This document shows, piece after piece, positions 1 through 7,482 of a stretch of DNA of 14,833 bases. The notes beneath the pieces are model-generated. The model saw only the letters and a list, made by a program, of their open reading frames with translations. It did not search any database and had not been told where the DNA came from. The number at the start of each line of letters is the position of its first letter. Within the stretch, counting starts at the first letter, position 1. The position numbers and the translations under genes are program-made. Origin of the DNA: a virus; UHGV virus genome UHGV-0120089; one strand, written 5' to 3'.

Positions 1-8
1 GAAGTGCT

Positions 9-104
9 TCAATAATCGTTATCCACATCATCAGCCGCCGACCTGAATATCAGCCAGGCGGCGATCACAAACACCAATGCAACCCCACCAATTGCCAACC
101 ACAT
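9..104 (-). CDS. Possible 31-aa hydrophobic peptide (MWLAIGGVALVFVIAAWLIFRSAADDVDNDY), below the ORF-track size cutoff
   Basis: Hand translation of the minus strand: ATG at 104-102, TGA at 11-9, one predicted TM helix plus acidic tail, G-rich stretch just upstream of the ATG. No homolog recognised. Confidence 0.25.
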   Translation of the reverse strand: MWLAIGGVALVFVIAAWLIFRSAADDVDNDY

Positions 105-200
105 AGACACCCCCCGCTTCGACAATCTAAATCTCCTTGCTTCTCATGGTCTTTTCAATTCGTGCATTCGATCTTCTTAATCAAATTCACTGATCGATAT

Positions 201-220
201 TACTGTATATGCATACAGTA
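201..220. promoter_or_regulatory. LexA (SOS) box TACTGTATATGCATACAGTA overlapping the promoter of the 241-800 operon
   Basis: Perfect CTGT-N8-ACAG palindrome with near-consensus flanks, about 20 bp upstream of the RBS AGGAGGG (227-233) and the ATG at 241. Confidence 0.8.
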
Positions 221-240
221 ATCATCAGGAGGGACAAGCG

Positions 241-480
241 ATGCCCCGAGACTACGACATTCCATATGCTTTCACGCTAGCCATCACACCAAACGCCAGA
301 GGTGTGCAGGTCGTCGCCACATCAGTATTCCGCCGTGAACTACACAAGCTTAATCACGACTGGACTCTGCAGCGCTGCAATGAGTGGATAATTAGCAGGC
401 AGACGTTCTTCGCGGACATCACCGAAGGTGATTCAGTTGATGGTACTTACGCGCTACGCAACATGGGGAGGGTTCTCTAA
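241..480 (+). CDS. Hypothetical 79-aa protein, first gene of an SOS-box bicistron
   Basis: ORF with a strong RBS at 7 nt spacing; its stop overlaps the next start (TAATG at 478-482), implying translational coupling. No family recognised. Confidence 0.55.
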   Translation: MPRDYDIPYAFTLAITPNARGVQVVATSVFRRELHKLNHDWTLQRCNEWIISRQTFFADITEGDSVDGTYALRNMGRVL

Positions 481-800
481 TGGGATTTCCTTCACCGGCA
501 ACTGATTATGTTGAAGAACGCATTAACCTCAACCGCATATTCATACCCAATCCAGCGAACACCTTCATGATTGAGACATCGACCGGCTGCATTCTGGTTG
601 ACAGGGTGGCTAAGGTTTCGCCTGGCGATTTGGTTGCGTTCCAGATGGAAGGCAATCCCATGCTTGGAAAATGGTACCCGAAGCACCTGATGACGGATGA
701 CGGTTTGATAGAGGGTGAGCAACTGGAAGAGGTAATAGTGCTGGGTGCGGTGACGGTGGAAGTGCTGACGCTGGATGAGAAGTGGAGGCCGACTATATAG
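480..800 (+). CDS. UmuD'-like (HumD-like) protein, S24/LexA-fold C-terminal domain lacking the N-terminal cleavable arm
   Basis: N-terminus MGFPSPATDYVEERINLN matches, from memory, E. coli UmuD residues 25 onward (GFPSPAADYVEQRIDLN), i.e. it starts where processed UmuD' starts. Downstream VSPGDLVAF resembles ISDGDLLIV. The GDSM serine motif is not obvious (ETSTGC instead). No umuC-like gene follows. Confidence 0.6.
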   Translation: MGFPSPATDYVEERINLNRIFIPNPANTFMIETSTGCILVDRVAKVSPGDLVAFQMEGNPMLGKWYPKHLMTDDGLIEGEQLEEVIVLGAVTVEVLTLDEKWRPTI

Positions 801-1111
801 GGGATTACTCCCCATCAATCCAGTCCGCCCACCATTGCATCATTTCTCTGCGCTTAACGTGGCAGATGCCTCACTATCACACGGTGATGGTTCATTACTG
901 GTTTGCAGAATGGATAGAGAACTGAGGATAAAAGATATCCCAAAACTCCAAAATCTCATCTTTAGGATTTGCAGAAAGGGAGGCGTGAACAAATACCTGC
1001 GCATGAAAACGGAACTAGTCCAGATGTGATGTTTGTGGTGATCACATACATCATCAACGATGCTCGTTATGGTGAGTTTTATGACTGCCAAGTAATGTGA
1101 AAATTGCGATG

Positions 1112-1135
1112 CGTACCAAATTGTGTACCAAATTA
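1112..1135. repeat. Tandem direct repeats CGTACCAAATTG / TGTACCAAATTA (candidate integrase or excisionase arm-type sites)
   Basis: Two adjacent 12-bp copies sharing the GTACCAAATT core, seen directly in the sequence. Confidence 0.5.
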
Positions 1136-1362
1136 AAATCATAAACCATGAAACCCTTACTCATGGCTGTTCTCAGGCTGGGTGCGTGTAATCGTGAAAG
1201 AGAAAGGTAGGTTGCTTATCTGTGTCTGTCATTGTCTAGCATTGTCCACTGTAGTTAATTAACTGCCTGTTATAACTCGAAAAACAACCATTTTTTCACC
1301 TGAGTATGTCTACGAACGTCAAATATAGTTGTTTACTGTGCGCTGTTGTCCATGTGATATTG

Positions 1363-1407
1363 TGTACCAGATGTGTACCAAACTATTAATTCTGAGCGTA
1401 CCAAATA
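1363..1407. repeat. Three more copies of the GTACCA(A/G)A motif immediately upstream of the integrase start
   Basis: TGTACCAGA (1363-1371), TGTACCAAACT (1374-1384), CGTACCAAATA (1397-1407); the last copy ends 7 bp before the int ATG at 1414. Confidence 0.5.
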
Positions 1408-1413
1408 TTATTT

Positions 1414-2592
1414 ATGGCTATAAGCGACACAAAACTGCGTACTATTTATGGTAAACCATATTCGGGCCCACAAGAAGTGGCTGATGCTGATGGCCTCAGC
1501 GTACGAATTTCACCGAAGGGGGTCATCCAGTTCCAGTACCGCTATCGCTGGCATGGCAAGCCTAATCGACTTGGGCTTGGTCGATACCCATCCCTGTCTT
1601 TGAAGGATGCCAGACAGATCACTGCTGACTTGCGAAAGCTCTATTTCTCAGGAACGGATCCACGCACTTATTTTGAAGAGAAGGTGGAGAACTCCATGAC
1701 GGTCGCCCAGTGTCTCGACTACTGGTTCGACAACTACGTCTCTACAACTCTCAGAGAAAAGACCCAGGCACTTTACCGATCAACGGTTATGAAGCGCATG
1801 CATGACGCCTTTCCTAATCGTCCGGCATCTTCTATCACGGTTAAGCAATGGGTTGACCTGCTTACCGAAGAAGAAAGAGATAATCCACGCCGAGCAAGGC
1901 AGGTGCTAAGTCAACTAAGATCAGCAATAAGTTGGTGCATGCGGCGTCAGTTGATAGATAGTTGCGCAATTATGAGCATCCAACCAAGGGACTTCGGCTC
2001 CCGCGCTGAGGTAGGGGATCGGGTACTGTCGTATCACGAACTGGCTAAGATTTGGCTTGCTATTGAAAGAAGCCGTGCGTCTACGTCAAATAAGCTACTT
2101 CATCAGATGCTTATGCTGTGGGGGGCGAGGCTCTCAGAGCTTAGGCTGGCAACAAAGACAGAATTTGACCTGCTGGACAACGTATGGACCGTACCGAAAG
2201 AGCATAGCAAGATGGGCAATGTTATCCGCCGTCCAATCTTCGAACAAATTAAGCCTTTCCTCGAAAAGGCCATGACAACGTATAATGATGTTCTTTTCCC
2301 TGGAGAAGACATAAGCAAGCCGATCAGCATCGCTGCAGCCAACCGATTCGTAAATAGAATAAGGGGAGGGATGGATCTAGGTTACTGGCGAACACACGAT
2401 TTCAGAAGAACGCTTGTTACACGTCTGTCCGAGATGAATGTCGAGCCTCATGTTACTGAGCGAATGCTCGGTCATGAACTTGGCGGGATAATGTCAGTAT
2501 ACAATAAACACGACTGGATAGAGGCTCAGCGCAAAGTGTATGAGCTTCACGCTGATAAATTGTTCTGGCACATCAGGAGCATTTCTGATTAA
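1414..2592 (+). CDS. int: Tyrosine site-specific integrase, P4-type (N-terminal arm-binding domain plus catalytic domain)
   Basis: 392 aa. N-terminal GLSVRISPKGVIQFQYRYRWHGK is typical of the P4-integrase arm-binding (DUF4102-type) domain. C-terminus carries the catalytic signature: R in GARLSELR, HDFRRT (H-x-x-R), and LGHELGGIMSVYNKHDW (His and nucleophile Tyr). Confidence 0.93.
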   Translation: MAISDTKLRTIYGKPYSGPQEVADADGLSVRISPKGVIQFQYRYRWHGKPNRLGLGRYPSLSLKDARQITADLRKLYFSGTDPRTYFEEKVENSMTVAQCLDYWFDNYVSTTLREKTQALYRSTVMKRMHDAFPNRPASSITVKQWVDLLTEEERDNPRRARQVLSQLRSAISWCMRRQLIDSCAIMSIQPRDFGSRAEVGDRVLSYHELAKIWLAIERSRASTSNKLLHQMLMLWGARLSELRLATKTEFDLLDNVWTVPKEHSKMGNVIRRPIFEQIKPFLEKAMTTYNDVLFPGEDISKPISIAAANRFVNRIRGGMDLGYWRTHDFRRTLVTRLSEMNVEPHVTERMLGHELGGIMSVYNKHDWIEAQRKVYELHADKLFWHIRSISD

Positions 2593-2764
2593 CGCCACCG
2601 TTAAGAATCCACCCCTCAACAGCTTCACGAAGGTATGATTTGGGGTGGGTTCTGACTGGCTTCGGAAATCCGTGCCGTTTGGTATAGTTCCAGATTGTCT
2701 GACGTGATGAAACACCGAGCTTGTTCATCACTTCTTTCTCAGGAATCAGGCTGGTATCGGTCAT
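2573..2764 (-). CDS. AlpA/Xis-family excisionase or transcriptional regulator
   Basis: 63 aa; the central stretch SSRQTIWNYTKRHGFPKPV resembles the winged-helix motif of AlpA-family proteins (e.g. LSRSTIYRLIKEGKFPKPI). Convergent with int, 3' ends overlapping by 20 bp. Confidence 0.75.
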   Translation of the reverse strand: MTDTSLIPEKEVMNKLGVSSRQTIWNYTKRHGFPKPVRTHPKSYLREAVEGWILNGGVNQKCS

Positions 2765-2824
2765 CTTAATTCTCCAGGCAAAAATAAACCGCCATATAGC
2801 GGCTCTATCAGATATGAACAGGCC

Positions 2825-3103
2825 TCATCGAGTGTGAGGCTGTATGATTCCATGGTTACCTCTGCTTTTTGAACGCATGTCACGTAACTTCTTAATGTGT
2901 TCTGCCGTTTCGATCTCTTCTGCTATCCGATCTGCATCAGCTTTATTCACAGGTTCAAAGTCATGATTAAAGCGGAACATGCTGGCGATACATGTTCTGC
3001 CTTTTCGGATGTAGTGAACTTTGTTGTGGGTAGAACGCAGGATTTTGCAGGGAGTGCCGTGGTGGTCGACGTACCAGGTGTTAGGAAAAATGATTCTGAA
3101 CAT
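2825..3103 (-). CDS. Hypothetical 92-aa early-left accessory protein
   Basis: ORF in operon orientation between excisionase and TraR-like genes; no family recognised. Confidence 0.5.
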   Translation of the reverse strand: MFRIIFPNTWYVDHHGTPCKILRSTHNKVHYIRKGRTCIASMFRFNHDFEPVNKADADRIAEEIETAEHIKKLRDMRSKSRGNHGIIQPHTR

Positions 3104-3150
3104 TTTTACACCTCAGTTGGACGATGTTGAAATTTGCTGCTTTGAGGCCA

Positions 3151-3369
3151 TCACAGTCCCCATTGTTTGTTCTTAAGTTCGATCTCCTCCTGGCAACTTG
3201 CACAAGTCCGACAACCCTGAACGGCCAGGCGTCTTCGTTCATCTATCGGATCGCCACACTCACAACAATGAGTGGCAGATATAGCCTGGTGGTTCAGGCG
3301 GCGCATTTTTATTGCTGTGTTGCGCTGTAATTCTTCAATTTCTGATGCTGAATCAATGATGTCTGCCAT
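3151..3369 (-). CDS. TraR/DksA-family C4 zinc-finger protein (phage TraR-like RNA polymerase-binding regulator)
   Basis: 72 aa with CxxC...(17)...CxxC (CCECGDPIDERRRLAVQGCRTCASCQ) and size typical of the TraR/DksA family. Confidence 0.8.
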   Translation of the reverse strand: MADIIDSASEIEELQRNTAIKMRRLNHQAISATHCCECGDPIDERRRLAVQGCRTCASCQEEIELKNKQWGL

Positions 3370-3417
3370 CTTTCATTAATCCCTGAATTGTTGGTTAATA
3401 CGCTTGAGGGTGAATGC

Positions 3418-3445
3418 GAATAATAAAAAAGGAGCCTGTAGCTCC
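3418..3445 (-). terminator. Rho-independent terminator-like hairpin on the minus strand
   Basis: Minus-strand reading GGAGCTACAGGCTCC followed by TTTTTTATTATT; lies between the 3468-3683 ORF and the TraR-like gene. Confidence 0.5.
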
Positions 3446-3467
3446 CTGATGATTTTGCTTTTCATGT

Positions 3468-3683
3468 TCACCGTTCCTTAAAGACGCCGTTTAACATGCC
3501 GATCGCCAGGCTTAAATGAGTCGGTGTGAATCCCATCAGCGTTACCGTTTCGCGGTGCTTCTTCAGTACGCTACGGCAAATGTCATCGACGTTTTTATCC
3601 GGAAACTGCTGTCTGGCTTTTTTGATTTCAGAATTAGCCTGACGGGCAATGCTGCGAAGGGCGTTTTCCTGCTGAGGTGTCAT
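3468..3683 (-). CDS. Hypothetical small early-left protein (71 aa from the MTPQQ start; a 93-aa form from 3749 is possible)
   Basis: ORF in operon orientation. Start is ambiguous: neither candidate ATG has a strong SD. Confidence 0.5.
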   Translation of the reverse strand: MTPQQENALRSIARQANSEIKKARQQFPDKNVDDICRSVLKKHRETVTLMGFTPTHLSLAIGMLNGVFKER

Positions 3684-3759
3684 TGAACAAGTCCCATGTC
3701 GGCAAGCATAAGCACACAGAATATGAAGCCCGCTGCCAGAAAAATGCATTCAGTGGTTG

Positions 3760-3951
3760 TCATACCTGGTCTCTCTCATCTGCTTCTGCTTTCGCCACCA
3801 TCATTTCCAGCTTTTGTGAAAGGGATGCGGCTAACGTATGAAATTCTTCGTCTGTTTCTACTGGTATTGGCACAAACCTGACTCCAATTTGAGCGAGGCT
3901 ATGTGCCATCTCGATACTCGTTCTTAACTCAACGGGAGATGCTTTGTGCAT
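3760..3951 (-). CDS. Small early-left protein, lambda orf63-like (63 aa)
   Basis: Position and size match lambda orf63 just upstream of orf60a-exo; sequence matches what I recall of lambda. Not verified. Confidence 0.6.
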   Translation of the reverse strand: MHKASPVELRTSIEMAHSLAQIGVRFVPIPVETDEEFHTLAASLSQKLEMMVAKAEADERDQV

Positions 3952-4106
3952 ACAGCCCCCCGTTTATTATTTATCTCCTCAGCCAGCCGCTGTGCTTTCA
4001 GGGGATTTCGGATAACAGAAAGGCCGGGAAATACCCAGCCTCGCTTTGTAACGGAGTAGACGAAAGTGATCGCGCCTACCCGGATATTATCGTGAGGATG
4101 CTTCAT
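3924..4106 (-). CDS. Small early-left protein, lambda orf60a-like (60 aa from the second ATG)
   Basis: ORF ending inside the exo start region; GGAG SD lies 8 nt before the second ATG (4106), giving a 60-aa product. Confidence 0.6.
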   Translation of the reverse strand: MKHPHDNIRVGAITFVYSVTKRGWVFPGLSVIRNPLKAQRLAEEINNKRGAVCTKHLPLS

Positions 4107-4783
4107 CGCCATTGCTCCCCAAATACAAAACCAATTTCAGCCAGTGCCTCGTCCATTTTTTCGATGAACTCCGGCACCATCTCGTCAAAACTCGCCATGT
4201 ACTTTTCATCCCGCTCAACCACGACATAATGCAGGCCTTCACGCTTCATACGCGGGTCATAGTTGGCAAAGTACCAGGCATCTTTTCGCGTCACCCACAT
4301 GCTGTACTGCACCTGGGCCATGTAAGCCGACTTTATGGCCTCGAAACCACCGAGCCGGAACTTCATGAAATCCCGGGAGGTAAACGGGCATTTCAGCTCA
4401 AGGCCATTGCCGTCACTGCATAAACCATCGGGAGAGCAGGCGGTGCGCATACTTTCGTCGCGATAGATGATCGGGGATTCAGTAACATTCACGCCGGAAG
4501 TGAATTTAAACAGGGTTCTGGCGTCGTTCTCGTACTGTTTTCCCCAGGCCAGCGCCTTAGCATTAACTTCCGGAGCCACACCGGTGCAAACCTCAGCCAG
4601 CAAGGTGTGGAAGTAGGACATTTTCATGTCAGGCCACTTCTTTCCTGAGCGGGGCTTTGCTATCACGTTGTGAACTTCTGAAGCGGTGATGACGCCGAGC
4701 CGTAATTTGTGCCATGCATCATCCCCCTGTTCGACAGCTCTCACGTCGATCCCGGTACGCTGCAGGATAATGTCCGGTGTCAT
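4103..4783 (-). CDS. exo: Lambda-type 5'-3' exonuclease Exo (Red-alpha, YqaJ fold)
   Basis: 226 aa; matches my memory of phage lambda Exo ([40 protein letters not shown]...) almost residue for residue. Start overlaps the bet stop (ATGA). Confidence 0.95.
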   Translation of the reverse strand: MTPDIILQRTGIDVRAVEQGDDAWHKLRLGVITASEVHNVIAKPRSGKKWPDMKMSYFHTLLAEVCTGVAPEVNAKALAWGKQYENDARTLFKFTSGVNVTESPIIYRDESMRTACSPDGLCSDGNGLELKCPFTSRDFMKFRLGGFEAIKSAYMAQVQYSMWVTRKDAWYFANYDPRMKREGLHYVVVERDEKYMASFDEMVPEFIEKMDEALAEIGFVFGEQWR

Positions 4784-5565
4784 GCTGCCACCTTCTGCTC
4801 AGTGGCTTTCTGTTTCAGGAATCCAAGAGCTTTCACTGCTTCGGCCTGTGTCAGTTCTGACGATGCGCGAATGTCGCGGCGAAATATCTGGGAACAGAGC
4901 GGCAATAAGTCGTCATCCCATGTTTTATCCAGGGCGATCAGCAGAGTGTTAATCTCCTGCATGGTTTCATCGTTAACCGGAGTGATGTCGCGTTCCGGCT
5001 GACGTTCCGCAGTGTATGCAGTATTTTCGACAATGCGCTCGGCTTCATCCTTGTCATAGATACCAGCAAATCCGAAGGCCAGACGGGCACACTGAATCAT
5101 GGCTTTATGCCGTAACATCCGTTTGGGATGCGACTGCCACGGCCCCGTGATTTCTCTGCCTTCGCGAGTTTTGAATGGTTCGCGGCGGCATTCATCCATC
5201 CATTCGGTAACGCAGATCGGATGATTGCGGTCTTTGCGGTAAATCCGGCATGTGCAGGATTCATTGTCCTGCTCAAAGTCCATGCCATCAAACTGCTGGT
5301 TTTCATTGATGATGCGGGACCAGCCATCAACGCCCACCACCGGAACGATGCCGTTCTGCTTATCAGGGAAGGCGTAAATTTCTTTCGTCCACGGATTAAG
5401 GCCGTACTGGTTGGCGACGATCAGCAATGCGATGAACTGCGCATCGCTGGCATCACCTTTAAATGCCGTCTGGCGAAGAGTGGTGATCAGTTCCTGTGGG
5501 TCGACAGAATCCATGCCGACACGTTCAGCCAGCTTCCCAGCCAGCGTTGCGAGTGCTGTACTCAT
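4780..5565 (-). CDS. bet: Lambda Bet (Red-beta) single-strand annealing protein
   Basis: 261 aa; essentially identical to lambda Bet as I recall it ([66 protein letters not shown]...). Confidence 0.95.
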   Translation of the reverse strand: MSTALATLAGKLAERVGMDSVDPQELITTLRQTAFKGDASDAQFIALLIVANQYGLNPWTKEIYAFPDKQNGIVPVVGVDGWSRIINENQQFDGMDFEQDNESCTCRIYRKDRNHPICVTEWMDECRREPFKTREGREITGPWQSHPKRMLRHKAMIQCARLAFGFAGIYDKDEAERIVENTAYTAERQPERDITPVNDETMQEINTLLIALDKTWDDDLLPLCSQIFRRDIRASSELTQAEAVKALGFLKQKATEQKVAA

Positions 5566-5570
5566 CCGTT

Positions 5571-5987
5571 TTATACCTCTGAATCAATATCAACCTGGTG
5601 GTGAGCAATGGTTTCAACCATGTACCGGATGTGTTCTGCCATGCGCTCCTGAAACTCAACATCGTCATCAAACGCACGGGTAATGGCTTTTTTGTTGGCC
5701 CCGCAGCGTTGCAAATGATCGATGCAGAGTGATTCAAACAGGTGCTGTGGAAGACCTTTTTCCATGTCGTCTGCCAGTTCTGCCTCTTTCTCTTCACGGG
5801 CGATCTGCTGGTAGTGACGCGCCCAGCTCTGAGCCTCAAGACGATCCTGAATGTAATAAGCGTTCATGGCTGAACTCCTGAAATAGCTGTGAAAATATCG
5901 CCCGCGAAATGCCGGGCTGATTAGGAAAACAGGAAAGGGGGTTAGTGAATGCTTTTGCTTGATCTCAGTTTCAGTATTAATATCCAT
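5571..5987 (-). CDS. gam: Lambda Gam (RecBCD inhibitor); 138-aa long form, with the short form starting at internal MNAYYIQ
   Basis: Near-identical to lambda Gam from memory ([61 protein letters not shown]...). Confidence 0.93.
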   Translation of the reverse strand: MDINTETEIKQKHSLTPFPVFLISPAFRGRYFHSYFRSSAMNAYYIQDRLEAQSWARHYQQIAREEKEAELADDMEKGLPQHLFESLCIDHLQRCGANKKAITRAFDDDVEFQERMAEHIRYMVETIAHHQVDIDSEV

Positions 5988-6085
5988 TTTTTATAAGCGT
6001 CGACGGCTTCACGAAACATCTTTTCATCGCCAATAAAAGTGGCGATAGTGAATTTAGTCTGGATAGCCATAAGTGTTTGATCCAT
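5942..6085 (-). CDS. kil: Lambda Kil (47 aa; FtsZ-targeting host-killing peptide)
   Basis: [47 protein letters not shown] matches lambda Kil from memory. It is the C-terminal 47 codons of the 89-aa track ORF and overlaps cIII as in lambda. Confidence 0.8.
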   Translation of the reverse strand: MDQTLMAIQTKFTIATFIGDEKMFREAVDAYKKWILILKLRSSKSIH

Positions 6086-6218
6086 TTTTTGGGACTCCTG
6101 GCTGATTAAGTATGTCGATAAGGCGTTTCCATCCGTCACGTAATTTACGGGTGATTCGTTCAAGTAAAGATTCGGAAGGGCAGCCAGCAACAGGCCACCC
6201 TGCAATGGCATATTGCAT
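6054..6218 (-). CDS. cIII: Lambda CIII (54 aa; FtsH/HflB inhibitor protecting CII)
   Basis: Hand translation from ATG at 6218: [54 protein letters not shown], stop at 6054-6056; matches lambda CIII from memory. Below the ORF-track cutoff. Confidence 0.85.
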   Translation of the reverse strand: MQYAIAGWPVAGCPSESLLERITRKLRDGWKRLIDILNQPGVPKNGSNTYGYPD

Positions 6219-6290
6219 GGTGTGCTCCTTATTTATACATAACGAAAAACGCCTCGAGTGAAGCGTTATTGGTATGCGGTAACGCCGCGC

Positions 6291-6658
6291 TCAGGCGGCT
6301 TTGATAGTCATATCATCTGAATCAAATATTCCTGATGTATCGATATCGGTAATTCTTATTCCTTCGCTACCATCCATTGGAGGCCATCCTTCCTGACCAT
6401 TTCCATCATTCCAGTCGAACTCACACACAACACCATATGCATTTAAGTCGCTTGAAATTGCTATAAGCAGAGCATGTTGCGCCAGCATGATTAATACAGC
6501 ATTTAATACAGAGCCGTGTTTATTGAGTCGGTATTCAGAGTCTGACCAGAAATTATTAATCTGGTGAAGTTTTTCCTCTGTCATTACGTCATGGTCAATT
6601 TCAATTTCTATTGATGCTTTCCAGTCGTATCAATGATGTATTTTTTGATGTTTGACAT
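6291..6658 (-). pseudogene. ea10: ea10-like gene disrupted by a 1-nt frameshift near codon 11; the downstream 97-codon ORF (6291-6584) remains intact
   Basis: ATG at 6658 opens a 16-codon ORF (MSNIKKYIIDTTGKHQ*). The frame of the 97-aa ORF is open for 15 further codons upstream (YDWKASIEIEIDHDV) up to a TGA. Restoring one T at GATACGAC (about 6625-6632) joins them into 122 codons, the size I recall for lambda ea10. The total span is 368 nt, i.e. 369 minus 1. Confidence 0.6.
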
Positions 6659-6675
6659 CTATTCATATCCTCATA

Positions 6676-6704
6676 GATAAAAAATCGCCCTCACATTGGA
6701 GGGC
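6676..6704 (-). terminator. Rho-independent terminator on the minus strand (tL-like)
   Basis: Minus-strand reading GCCCTC-CAATGT-GAGGGC followed by GATTTTTTAT; sits between the N/sieB region and ea10. Confidence 0.55.
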
Positions 6705-6766
6705 AAAGAAGATTTCCAATAATCAGAACAAGTCGGCTCCTGTTTAGTTACGAGCGACATTGCTCC

Positions 6767-6794
6767 GTGTATTCACTCGTTGGAATGAATACAC
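6767..6794. repeat. Perfect 9-bp inverted repeat GTGTATTCA-N10-TGAATACAC
   Basis: Seen directly; located in the 260-bp gap upstream of the sieB-like gene. Confidence 0.45.
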
Positions 6795-6854
6795 AGTGCA
6801 GTGTTTATTCGTATGCCTGTCTTTTAACCACATCAGGCTCGGTGGTTCTCGTGT

Positions 6855-6904
6855 ACCCCTACAGCGAGAAATCGGATAAACTCTATTCACCCCTACAGAG
6901 AGAA
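6855..6904. repeat. Two 16-bp direct repeats ACCCCTACAG(C/A)GAGAA spaced 34 bp apart, just upstream of the sieB-like start
   Basis: 6855-6870 and 6889-6904, one mismatch; the second copy ends 16 bp before the ATG at 6921. Confidence 0.45.
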
Positions 6905-6920
6905 TGATGGAGATTCACCG

Positions 6921-7460
6921 ATGAGTAACTGGTGGCAGGAACTATTACGTTTCTTCCTGCGTGGTCTTACGCTACAACAGTTAATTCATATGCTTATTAT
7001 TTTAATTGCCTTGATAATAATCACCCCAGCATCAATTAAAGAGTGGGTAGATATAAGGAACCCCGAAATACTTCCAGATCACTGGATGTATTACGCAATG
7101 CTTTTGTGTATCAGTTATGTTCTGAACAGGGGGATGGAGTTTATATTTCTGGCATCTTCAGACAGATATAAAAAATATCTCAGTAAGAGAGATGAGGCTA
7201 AAGTAATTGTGGAGACTGAGCGCCTATTCAATTCTCTGAGTATTCAGGAAAAAGAGGTTTTAGCATTTGCTGTTATGGCAAATAACAAAATCGTACTTAA
7301 GCACGGCGATCCGGTCGCTTTATCTCTTATGAGAAAAGGCCTTCTCCATCGCTCAGGTGTGACTTACAGCGCGTCAGGTAAAGAGAAATTTGTTATACCT
7401 GACGTCTGGTTCCATGAGTGTTATATGCGCTTTGCTGGTAAAGCTGATGAGCTAATTTAG
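6921..7460 (+). CDS. sieB: SieB-family superinfection exclusion protein (membrane-anchored)
   Basis: 179 aa with a long N-terminal hydrophobic segment (LIHMLIILIALIIITPA); encoded opposite to the pL operon between the N gene and ea10, the position I recall for sieB in lambda and P22. Family assigned from position and architecture, not from alignment. Confidence 0.7.
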   Translation: MSNWWQELLRFFLRGLTLQQLIHMLIILIALIIITPASIKEWVDIRNPEILPDHWMYYAMLLCISYVLNRGMEFIFLASSDRYKKYLSKRDEAKVIVETERLFNSLSIQEKEVLAFAVMANNKIVLKHGDPVALSLMRKGLLHRSGVTYSASGKEKFVIPDVWFHECYMRFAGKADELI

Positions 7461-7482
7461 TTCCTCGACGGCGGGGGGATCG

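Noticed and set aside
800-813. GGGGATTACTCCCC hairpin right after the UmuD'-like stop
   Set aside because: Short stem without a following U-tract; cannot be called an intrinsic terminator with confidence.
492-818. 108-aa ORF on the minus strand
   Set aside because: Entirely antisense to the UmuD'-like ORF, which has a clear family resemblance and is coupled to an SOS-box promoter; no RBS or family signal of its own.
775-1142. Track ORFs 775-1029 (+) and 840-1142 (-) in the region upstream of the integrase
   Set aside because: They overlap each other and the repeat-rich att-like region, have no convincing RBS, and have low-complexity, unrecognisable translations; more likely non-coding att or regulatory DNA.
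1100-1413. tRNA or tmRNA 3' fragment as the integration target
   Set aside because: I looked for a T-arm/CCA-like segment upstream of the P4-type integrase and did not see one; the attachment target remains unidentified.
2057-2342. ORFs 2057-2275 (+) and 2103-2342 (-) inside the integrase gene
   Set aside because: Embedded in or antisense to a well-supported integrase reading frame.
5097-5839. Track ORFs 5097-5330, 5128-5604, 5411-5683 and 5525-5839 overlapping bet and gam
   Set aside because: Alternative-frame or antisense ORFs inside genes that match lambda Bet and Gam essentially exactly.
5942-6211. The 89-aa track ORF taken as one protein
   Set aside because: Its N-terminal 42 codons are an alternative frame across cIII; only the C-terminal 47 codons (kil, from ATG 6085) match a known protein.
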